Program-made: the position numbers and the translations under genes
Shown: one piece after another, positions 24,101-33,400 of the stretch
Layout: each line of letters begins with the position of its first letter
Numbering within the stretch: the first letter of the stretch is position 1
Notes under the pieces: model-generated
What the model saw: the letters and a program-made list of their open reading frames with translations, nothing else
Told to the model about the DNA's origin: nothing
Database searches by the model: none
Assembly: GCA_049999805.1 (NCBI GenBank)
Contig: JBNGIO010006088.1
Location: 103,539-136,938, forward strand
Direction: 5' to 3'
Source of the DNA: Folioceros fuciformis
Lineage: Eukaryota
Length of the DNA stretch: 33,400 nt

Positions 24101-27100
24101 TGAGGGGCAGTCCTCAGTTCGTAGAATCACTCAGTCTTGTGGATTGTGGCTTTACCTGTATTGTCTTTCGGTTTGATTAACGTCTGAATTCTATGCAGGC
24201 TGTGATGAGAATTTTGGAGGATTATATGCGACTGCGGTTTGGGCCTGACTCCTTCGAGGTGGTTAGCACACCTCTCGCCTGTAATGACAATCGGGCTGAA
24301 GTCCAGCGTTTCAATGAACTCGAATCAGGCTGCTTTGCCGTTCTCCTTCCGGCCTCGATGTACGGCAAGGTCTTACACCTTACAAATGTGGACGTTGTTA
24401 TCATCTTTCAGGCCGGTTTGACCTCTTTTGATGCCGCACCATCATTACAGAGAGCCCTGCAGTCAAAGAAGTTGACAGTATTCAGGCTTTACACACGGTT
24501 GAGTTTGGAGGAGGGGATGCTTGCAGCTTTCAGGGGTAAATTGGTCAGGGAAAGGCTTGTGGCTGCTGCAAAACCAATCAGTGCCAAGCTCTGTCAACAG
24601 ATTTTGAGATGGGGAGCTAAGGAGTTATTCGAAATCTTGAAGGGCAAGCTATCTCTCATTGGAGAGCGCAGAATAGCTTATACTGCAGAAAATGTTCGTT
24701 TGCTTTTGGAAGAAAGTAGAGGAATACTTGTGAAAGATGATATTGAGCATCAGTTGCTAAGGTGTGTCTTGACGAATAGGGCAGTAGAAGGCGAGTCAGC
24801 TATGTATGGTCTGCACGAGGAAGATCCTCTCCCGGAGGATATTGAGTCTTCAAAGAACTTCTGGTCAGGTCTGTTGAAGGATGGATATGTGGAATGGCAA
24901 ACCACTGGGAAGATGCCCAGGGCCAAGAAGTCAGTTCAGTGCAGGGATGACGCAATGGCTTCAATAGGTCATTCTCCAGCCGTCGAGGATGATAGTTATG
25001 CTGAACAAAGTACAAGGAACATGAAAGTTCACCAAGGCCATGTGGTGAATGGCACCTGTGCGAGCCCCGAGGGAAATTCAATGCCACAAAAGGTGCATCC
25101 TGAGGAGATCGAGGAACCGCAGCAGGAGGTGGCTGAGGATTTACAGGTACTGGTCACCCTCTCCCACGCGTGTGAACCGTTTTTTGTTCGTTTGTGGTGA
25201 AATAACCATGTTGGACCCTTTTACGGTTGGGGGCCTTTGTTTTACAGCATGTCGTGTATTATCTTCTTTGCACTGTACCGTGGAACAGTGTGTTAGTGTC
25301 CACTACCTGCGCCTTTTCTTTGAACTATTTGCTTGCTGACTAGCTACTTTGTATGAAGCCCAATCATGGGAACTACTCAGTGTTTTTGGATAAGGGCAGT
25401 CTTGTCGAAGAGTTTTCTTTGATCCTCAGACTAGTTCTGTCAGTCAACGGTAGCAATTATACCTGACCTGGAATTCTGGCTAGACATAATCTCAGCGTTA
25501 TGTTTGATGTGCAGGAGAAAGAGGGACAGCCAGGTCGTCCATCTGTTCAGCCATCTTATATCGCTCTTACTATTCGGGCTGATGAAAAATCCGAAAGTCT
25601 GGATGTGGAACGGCAGGTCGTGTTGACAAGTCAATTGCACAAAGCAGCAGCAGCTGCTAGTCACTCGGGTGCCTATGACACTGTAAAATCTAATCAGATG
25701 CAGCAACCGGAAGTAGCTATTTTGTCACTTGATCAACAACCTCTGCCGGCTGGCGATACCTCGCGCAAGCCTACAACTTGCCAGATGAGTCTGCATCCTG
25801 TAGAGGCCGCTCCAGTGAGAACAGCTGCTGCCAGTCAGTCCGGTGCCAACGACTGTGCGGGTGGGAGTCAGGTGCCACAACCGGAAGCAGCAAATCCGTT
25901 ACTTGGAGCAGATGCCACAACTGGAAACAGTCAAGAACCTGTCACGGTTGGGGATGCCTCCTGCCAGCCTCCTGCGTCCCAGACAAATAAGCATCCTGTA
26001 GAGGCTGCTCCAGTAGCGACTGACTTTCTGGTCGGGGCACGAAGACTCCTCCGCCCACTTGAATGGCTGGCAGGACTGTTCATCGACCCTCCATGCCAAT
26101 TAGATGGAATTCTACTGGTAACGCCTGAGCAGCAGGAAATGGCTGTTACGCAGCTGAAAGATCACCAGGCGAAGGAGGACAAGCATTTCCAGGATTCTGT
26201 TCAAGGCGCGAGGAACAAATTAGACGCCCATTATCAAGAAGCTTTGGAAGCAGTCAACAATCTACCTGATAAGTCTCAGAGAGAAACTTACAAGAAGATC
26301 CTGATGCAGGGGTATGACTGTGAACTCTCCCAGTTCACAAAATGTGAGCGGGAGGAGAGGCGCAGACTATTTGCAAGACAGGAAGCTGCCCGTAACGACC
26401 TCAGGTCTAAGATAAGGCCTCCTGCAGTGCTGCCTCCGTCTCCAACACAAGCCGAGATAAGGCCTCCCGCAGTGCTGCCTCCGTCTCCAACACAATCCGA
26501 GATAAGGCCTCCGGCAGTGCTGCCTCCGTCTCCAATACAAGACGCAGAGACCGGTCTACAGTCTGGTCTTCTCTCAGGTTTGAATTCTGGGAGTGCTCTG
26601 AGTCGTAGCCCCTCACTCTCTCAAGATGTACTAGTTGGAGTGAGTGTTACCTCAGTGGCTGAGCTTCGGCAACAGCAGAACACATCGCAGCCACAGCCTA
26701 GAACAAATGTCCAGGCTCAGATTCGAAGACTAGATCAGGCAGAGGTGCAACCCCTTCTTCACGATGCACAGACACGTGGGCCTCAGTTTGAGGTTCAGGG
26801 TCAGTTACTCGACCAGGTGCTACATGTACAAGGGAACACTCCAGGTCAGTTTGTGGCTTCTACCCAGCAGATGCAGGCTGAAGCTCGTTTCCACCAGGCA
26901 TCGACTTCTCAAGTCCACGCTCAGACTGTGCACTCACCGACTCAACACCAGGCTCAGCAGGACCAGCGGGCGCGCCAGGTGCAAGTTTGTGAGGATTTGC
27001 AGTCTAGACTTCTGCAACCAGGACAGCACCAGCAATTCCAGAGTCTGACGCTAAATACTAGTCATCGGACGGAGGGTCTTTGGCAGGCACAACTCCAGGT

Positions 27101-30100
27101 TCAGGCTGAACGTCAGCAGGTGTACCACCAGCAGGCTGATGCTCATCCACTTCATGCCTTCCTGCAGTCCCAACCTTGTGTGCAGACCCAGCAACATCAG
27201 GTCTTGTCGCAGGTGCAGCAAATGACTGAAGCCCAGCAGTTGGCTCAGACCCAACAAAGGCAATTGCAAGCTAGTATGCACCCCAATCATATGGTCTATG
27301 TGCAGCAACCGCAGAGTCTGGCCCAACAACTTCAATCGCAGGCCCCCATGCAATCTCAGCTACACGTTTGGACCGATCACTCTAATTCTGAAGGCCACAC
27401 CCAGGGGCAACATTCACAGACTCGTGTTTCAGGTCAGATCCAATATGCATCCACCCAACCAGCGTTACCGGGGCAGCAGGCTCTGCAAGTAGTTGAACAA
27501 CAAGTCCAACAGCAGACGCAGCAGGGGCACCACCGGCGGCAGCAGGGTCAGCAGCAAAGGCAACAGCATCAGCTTGGTCTACAGGGGCAGCAGCAGCGAC
27601 ACCAGCCACAGCAGGGGCAACAGCAACAGCATCAGCTTGACCAACAGGGGCAGCAGCAGCGACACCAGCCACAGCAGGGGCAACAGCTTGGGCAGCAGGG
27701 ACAACAGCGTGGTCTGCAGTCGGGGCAACAACAGCGTGGGGAGCAGCAGGGGCAGCGACAGCGTGGTGAGCAGCAGGGTCAGCAACAGCGTGGTGAGCAG
27801 CAGGGTCAGCAACAGTTTGGGCAGCAGCAGGGGTCTCTACAGCTTGGCCAACAGCAGGGGCAGCAACAGCGTGGTCAGCCTGGGTCACAACAGTTCCAAC
27901 AGCCACATCCGCAAACTCAGCATGCTTCACAGCAGTCACTCCAGGAACTGTCCCATGCGCATGCATTGGCGCAGGCCCAGCAAGAGTTTCAGCATCTTCG
28001 GCAGAACGGATGGACAGGACAACGATCTACGCCACCGGCTCATTCTGACGTTCAGAGGCAACCAGCCCCAGTCCAGCAGTCTCTGTTGCCACATCTTCAA
28101 GGCCTGCATCGATCCATTTTCAGTTCAGCACGGCAGGCAGAACCGACTCTTCCAGGCCTTCCTCTCCTGGCAACACCCCAACTAGCGAACAGCCAGGCCT
28201 CATCTGCGCAGATAAGTCCTGGAGCATCTTCACCTCACCAAGGGAGATCAGGGGTGCATTCTATGAGTTTTGTTGCAGGACTACTTCGTGGGCAAAACTC
28301 CGGTACAAGCAGCCCTGCACTCACTCTGCGTGGAGCAGCAAGCCCAGGTCATGGCCAGAGCCCGAGGAACAGCTGGGTGAGCCATGTGCAATCATCCGGC
28401 GCAGGGATACAAAACGGCAACACTGGTGTATCTTCTTCGGGTAGGAGTGTCGGAGGCGCTATGCACACTCCTGCAGTCTCTGTGATGGCCGGTGCAGCAA
28501 CTAATGCAACTCAAGGTCCACGGCTGCCACAGCTTCAGAGCTCCCCGATGGCGTTGCGATCCGCTCCGGAGCTGCCTCGTGCTGCCCCATTGGGAACGAT
28601 CACAAGCCTTACGCAGCCCGTGTTGTACGGAGTTGGTGGTGGGGGTCAGTCTGCAAGCAACTCGGCGGTACGTAGAGACACCTCAGGAGCCCCTCAAGTC
28701 ACCGCTATGGCAACAAGCAGGCGTGTGGTCCCGCCGCTGGCTGTTCCAGCCCTAAACACGAGCACCAGACCTGCAGTCGCTCCCGGGGCTGCTCCTTCAA
28801 TTATGTTGCCTATGCTGCGCCAAGCTACTGCGACAAGTGCATCTACCATAGCTCAAGTCATGCGAACCACACCGGACCCTCTTGTCATTGAGGAAGACAG
28901 GCTGAAGAAGAAGATGGTTGATGAAGAGGTTGACGGAACTGTACAGGTAAGTACTTGAAGCCCTTGTGCTCTGCTAATAATTTCTACCAACTTGGTTTGG
29001 ACGTCCAGAACTGAAAACGTCTTTATGGACATGTCTTTGGAGTCGTGCAGGAAGCTGCACTTCGGCAGTCTTACCTAAGAGAGGCGTCTCTTTTGAAGAA
29101 CAAATATGAAAAGTTGATACAAGATCACAATGCGAAATCGAACGGAAAGATTGACAAAATGAAGGACGCCATGGCCAAGGTAGATATGAATAGAGAGCTC
29201 GCTCATATGCTGCGAGGGAAGATGCCCATGGAGCAGCAGTCAGCACAGAGAAGGGCAGGTGCGTCCTTGGATGCTTCCATTATTGAATTTCATGTGCAGC
29301 GTTTTAGGTGAGTCTTGATGACACTTGTTTTGGTGTAGCGCAATTAGCAGAGATGCGAGCTTGTGGGCAATCTCAGAATGGGTCACCTACCGATCGGCAA
29401 TTTGGCTTTCCACATTCGCATCTGAGATCCTGCCCCGCAGCCATAGTCCTTGCGCCAGAGGATGGAAGGATTTCCTACGGTATCACTACGCAGCACTTCC
29501 CATTGTTGTTATTTTGCTTTCAGCTGATTTTCTTAGAGAGTGGTATAGATGACACATTCGTGTCTTCATTGTCGGCAGGTGCTGGATCCGTCATGACATC
29601 AACCCTTGCGCCGGCCATCGGAACAAACATGGCTTCCCCTACCCTCGCAGGGGTGTCAGGAGTCCCCAGCTCTAGGCCTGCCCTACCTCTGAATGTGACC
29701 CAGGTACCCCCCTCTGAACCTTGCGTTGCAGAAAATAGTGACAAGATTCTTAGTTGGCGAAGTCTGAGGCCGGCAGTATTGTCATCGTAGGCCAATCCAC
29801 TGCAACACGGCAGACTTCTACGATCACAGGGCTCTCCCACGTCGCAGCCAGTGCAATCTGTGCTGCGGTTGAGGGCTCAGAACTTGCCTCTACGAGTAGG
29901 TCAGCCACAGGAGAGTGTGCCACCGTTCTCTGGGCAGAATCTGCAATTTTTGGGTAATTGCGCTTCGAGAAGCGTTGTTTCTGGAGCTCGGATGGTGGCA
30001 CCATCTGGGGTAGCGTCTGTGCCACCCCAAGTTGCGCATCTCAGTCAAGCTTCTGGAAGTTGGAGGACACTGACTGCCTTGGGGCCCGCAACTCGTAGTG

Positions 30101-30414
30101 GAAGTATGTCTACAGGACTTCCAAGTCAGTCAGCAGGCGTAGGCGTCGGGACAAGAAGCCCTTCTGCACAGTCTATTTTAGCTTCCCCAAATTCTGCCCT
30201 TGCAGCAACTACTGAGGTACTGCTCGGCCGTTCTAACAAAACTGCATATGCCAACATTCCAGCCAGGTTCCTTGGGGAAGGTGAACATTTGGTTGTGCAG
30301 TCATCCAGAGGCCCAAGCGCTCCTTCGTCTGGGGGGCCGGCCCCTACCGCAGCAGGTGGGAATCCTGCTGTCAGCAGCACTCCTGAGGTGATCGACTTAA
30401 CTGGTGACGACTGA
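18152..30414 (+). CDS. MOM1: MOM1-like (CHD3-derived) transcriptional silencing factor, about 3232 aa: PWWP-PHD-chromo-chromo-degenerate SNF2 ATPase-coiled coil-Q-rich-CMM2-SIM
   Basis: Manually built GT-AG model, all phases consistent, no internal stops: 18152-18620, 18731-19701, 19786-19952, 20095-21090, 21221-21447, 21757-21953, 22098-22376, 22448-22600, 22716-22976, 23120-23260, 23409-23735, 23921-24094, 24199-25146, 25515-28946, 29051-29258, 29579-29703, 29791-30414 (9699 nt). MOM1-type signatures: CC.xKGC PHD followed by VESIW, EHWVPVEMS.QQVEQYC, LEDYMRLRFGPDSFE, CMM2 (DPL.IE..RL...KY...KVDMN..LA) and terminal VIDLTGDD. The start codon and some splice sites are uncertain. Confidence 0.88.
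19681..20134 (+). other. PWWP domain (exons 2-4 of the MOM1-like gene)
   Basis: Spliced peptide GAVVWAK|ITEELWWPGILIS...KIVKFFGFKRASDHYEAVRRS|CLCLFANGYERFK matches the PWWP consensus G..VWAK....WWP...V.FFG...Y..V...L..F. Confidence 0.82.
21041..21320 (+). other. PHD finger (exons 4-5)
   Basis: DEHNDICEKCGLRGDLL|CCGCKGCKTAYHLGC...GNWYCPEC, C4HC3 pattern. Confidence 0.92.
21364..22326 (+). other. Tandem chromodomains (exons 5-7)
   Basis: VESIW...KEYFVKWSGYAHVYNTWVQE and WVVPERFLARK...QWLVKWKGLGYDSCTWE, typical of CHD3/PKL double chromodomains. Confidence 0.92.
22484..24530 (+). other. Degenerate SNF2 ATPase, both lobes (exons 8-13)
   Basis: QPEW, PVLIVLP...WENEL...YTG...R.VI..HEF, WEALLADEGY, ASGKLQVLD, RFN, VDVVIIF, VFRLYT..SLEE are collinear with CHD3, but catalytic motifs are altered. 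Confidence 0.88.
26411..26540 (+). repeat. Coding 45-bp tandem repeat x3 (IRPPAVLPPSPTQxE)
   Basis: Units start at 26411, 26456 and 26501. Confidence 0.95.
26670..28000 (+). other. Gln-rich low-complexity coding region with GQQQ(R/L/F)G repeats
   Basis: Translation of exon 14; densest at 27495-27905 (QQGQQQRGEQQGQQQ...). Confidence 0.9.
28875..29212 (+). other. CMM2 (Conserved MOM1 Motif 2) coiled coil (exons 14-15)
   Basis: DPLVIEEDRLKKK...|EAALRQSYLREASLLKNKYEKLIQDHNAKSNGKIDKMKDAMAKVDMNRELAHML, versus the remembered MOM1 pattern DP...E.E.L...K...NK.LA.AF. Confidence 0.82.
30388..30414 (+). other. C-terminal SUMO-interacting motif (CMM3-like)
   Basis: VIDLTGDD-stop: hydrophobic core plus acidic tail, in the position of the MOM1 terminal VVCLSDD motif. 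Confidence 0.8.
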
Positions 30415-30824
30415 GGGCGCCAGGGGCAGTCGTAGGGTGAGTTTAGCAAATCGCTTACACGACTTGTTCAGTTCACTTGGGGGTGACGATGTATGCAAGT
30501 CGTGGATGCTGGAGATAACCAGATAATTGCGTATCACAAACTGTAAAGCTATGTATCGACTATGTGAAGGCAGTTAACCGCCAAGCATTCGGGTCTAGTA
30601 GTCCCGCTTGTACCTGGCCTGGTTTTTACCATTTCCCGTACTGGGGGTGCAAGATTCCTAGCTAGTGACCTGCCTAGCTAGGGACCTGTCTCTACAACTA
30701 TTCATAAACAGTCAAGTTAAGTACTACATTTGCAAATGCATTTGCTAACAGGTCTGAACGTCTCTTTGATCTGTATTGTATGGTTACCCAGTCCATCCAT
30801 TTCTTTCGTGGCGGTAAGTAACTT

Positions 30825-31041
30825 GGTCACATGTAATGTTACTTAGTGTCCGTGGTAAACAACTTAGTCATTCCAACGTAGGTCACATGTAATGTTACTT
30901 AGTGTCCGTGGTAAACAACTTAGTCATTCCAACGTAGCAATTAGTTGAGGATGTCTTGTAACTTGGTCCCATGTAATGTTACTTAGTGTCAGTGGTAGAT
31001 AACTTAGTCATTCCAACTTAGCAATTAGTTGAGGATGCCTT
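30825..31041. repeat. 56-bp repeat x3 (last two copies at 84-bp period)
   Basis: GGTCACATGTAATGTTACTTAGTGTCCGTGGTAAACAACTTAGTCATTCCAACGTA at 30825 and 30881, variant at 30965; GCAATTAGTTGAGGATG follows copies 2 and 3. Confidence 0.92.
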
Positions 31042-31063
31042 CTTGTTCGTCTGTACCACAAAA

Positions 31064-31488
31064 GACAAGTAGCATCCTAGTCCATGCTCTGTAGGGAATA
31101 TATATCCGGACAAGTAGCATCCTAGTCCATGCTCTGTAGGGAATATATATCCCGACAAGTAGCATCCTAGTCCATGCTCTGTAGGGAATATATATCCAGA
31201 CAAGTAGCATCCTAGTCCATGCTCTGTAGGGAATATATATCCAGACAAGTAGCATCCTAGTCCATGCTCTGTAGGGAATATATATCCGGACAAGTAGCAT
31301 CCTAGTCCATGCTCTGTAGGGAATATATATCCGGACAAGTAGCATCCTAGTCCATGCTCTATAGGGAATATATATCCGGACAAGGACAAGTAGCATCCTA
31401 GTCCATGCATCCTAGTCCATGCTCTGTAGGGAATATATATCCGGTCAAGTAGCATCCTAGTCCATGCTCTGTAGGGAATATATATCCG
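31064..31488. repeat. 45-bp minisatellite, 9 near-identical units
   Basis: GACAAGTAGCATCCTAGTCCATGCTCTGTAGGGAATATATATCCG at 31064, 31109, 31154, 31199, 31244, 31289, 31334, 31385 (with internal duplication) and 31444. Confidence 0.97.
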
Positions 31489-33400
31489 GCTAGGATGGAA
31501 GCTTGTTGTGCCTCCACACTTCACAAATTGTAAGCATTCTTCACCAAATTGTTGGTGACAACTCATCACTTTCTTCATCCAAGACATGGGTCCATTAATT
31601 GCAACTTGCCCTAAAAGGCACATGTAGGGAGGCCGAAGAAGTACCTTCCTCACCTTGAGAGCATGGATGCGTTACTTAGAGTGAGATACTTCTTCATGAT
31701 TATTTTAAACAAGGGGATGTAAAAATACAAAGGTATTGTGTACAAAGGTAAGACACATAAGACTTGGCAATGCGTGCAGGGTTTAGGGTGAGATTATGAT
31801 AGGTTCTTGAAATCCAATCTAGAAATCTCTTGGATTGAGCATACCTATTAACCCACCATTTCCTAAGGAGCCAGTCCCTAGCATGGACTCTATTGCCATT
31901 TGCTCGAATAAACTACCTTGCTCTCGACAGTCATGCTCACATAAGTCATGCCATGGAGCCTTCCTACAATAGGAGACTTGATAGAGAAGAGCTCGAAACC
32001 TCTAGTACTAGGCACCGCCCTTCAACCATGCACATGTTGTGTTACAATGGGATCATGTGCAAAGCCAACATAAGTAGTAATAGGCATAGGAGCATGGCTA
32101 TGAATACAGAAGTGAGGAAGATGGTCAAACCGGCCACAGGTTGCACTTGGGCTCACGTTCCACGAACTTTTCTCAACATTCTGCTGCCATTGTCCATCTA
32201 ACTGACCTCTCTCCTTGCATGTTGGCTCAAGTTTGTTCTTGCTATTGCCAACATGCACTTGGCCTTGTCCACCATTGTGCATTGCAAGTGTCCCATGCTT
32301 CAACATCTTGAACGACCAACCCAAATTCCATACCTAAATCCAAGATTTTTTAGGAGAAGTTGAAAGAAAAAAAAAAAAATATCCAACACATTTGGATATG
32401 TGATTAATATTTATTAATTTATTATAATTAAAAACTACATATATTGTATGTAAAATTTTATCATCTTCAAAACTCATTAACTATAAAGGTTGTATAACTA
32501 TACAAAGAACAACTAGGTTTTGTGAGGGAGGATCGAGCCTATGTTATGTTCTAGCTGCCTTATTGATGAATAATTTGATGTTGTAATTTGTATCACTTAA
32601 AACCACTTCCCAAAGATTAGTATAAATTATTTGCACACAACACCTCTTCCCCAACATTGAGTGTCAATCTCCAAATATTACATCATTAATTTTGAGGCAT
32701 ATAGATTGAGATCCATAGAATCTAGATGCAAAACACTCTTAGAAGGGATAACATGTATGCAAGCCACTTCTTAGAAGACTACGATTTACTAAATCATCAT
32801 ATTAGATATGGATGAAACATAATCATCCTATGTTAAAGATTAAAGTTGGACAATGAATCATACTTAGGGGACAATTCAATACATGTTTGAAATAAAGCTC
32901 AAAGTTATCCAAATATCTCAAGCCAAGAAAGTTATATATGCGTCTACATAGTTTTTCTTCTCTCTGCACTAACGGGAGACCTTTTGTATTGTATGGAAGT
33001 GTCTCTCGGCTTGCCTTCAGTGACCTTGCTTGTGACAAGGTGGACTTTGTTGTCTCTCAAAATTCGTCCGCAAAGTCGTGACTAGTTTTGGTGCCAGGAA
33101 GTTTGGAAAGCAAAGTTGTGAGACTTGGGAGAACATTGTGGTTTTGGTGCAAGGAACGTTTGTGAGCGAAGGTTGTGAAGCTTAGTAGGACTGGCGTTGC
33201 CTGGTGCGGCGATGGGTTCGTACGAGCGGTGGCATGAATCGGTGGCTCCTGACGAGTTCGTGAATTCGGATGCATCCCCTCCTGTTGTAGCGTCTATGGC
33301 TACTCCTTCGATTCTGTCGTGGCCTCCACCGACATCGGTTGCTCCTCCCTTGGAGCGGTACGTGCGGGCGGAAGTGGCGCCCCTTGGGAATGGGGAGGCC

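Noticed and set aside
21041-25146. Calling the gene PICKLE or another active CHD3
   Set aside because: Walker A and motifs III, V and VI are degenerate, no SANT/SLIDE-like region is recognisable, and CMM2 plus terminal SIM indicate MOM1.
25500-28958. 1152-aa ORF as a stand-alone glutenin-like or mediator-like gene
   Set aside because: It has an in-phase acceptor at 25514 and donor at 28947, and CMM2 continues into the next exon, so it is exon 14 of the MOM1-like gene.
31064-31488. CRISPR-like array, or the repeat proteins in ORFs 31018-31653 and 31025-31396
   Set aside because: Units are head-to-tail with no unique spacers, there are no cas genes and the context is eukaryotic. The ORFs are by-products of a 45-bp stop-free unit.
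31500-32330. ORFs 31893-32201 and 32022-32324
   Set aside because: No recognisable motifs or splice structure; probably decayed repeat DNA.

Overview
Eukaryotic land-plant genomic DNA (spliceosomal GT-AG introns, plant TE families; species cannot be determined from the window). Bases 1-12.9 kb are a decayed transposon cluster: three + strand fragments of a CRE-like non-LTR retrotransposon with a restriction-like endonuclease (RLE), a Ty1/copia element with three LTRs inside one target-site duplication, and a Ty3/gypsy remnant. Bases 13-17.5 kb are non-coding and SSR-rich. One large intact + strand gene lies at about 18152-30414 (17 phase-consistent coding exons, about 3232 aa). It is a MOM1 (MORPHEUS' MOLECULE 1)-like, CHD3-derived silencing factor with PHD, two chromodomains, a full-length but catalytically degenerate SNF2 ATPase, a MOM1-type coiled coil, a long Gln-rich tract, CMM2 and a C-terminal SIM. 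It also carries an N-terminal PWWP domain split over three exons, which is not part of the MOM1/CHD3 architecture as I know it; this is the best candidate for something undescribed. Tandem repeats of 56 bp and 45 bp follow the gene. All calls come from manual reading and motif recognition; no database searches were run.
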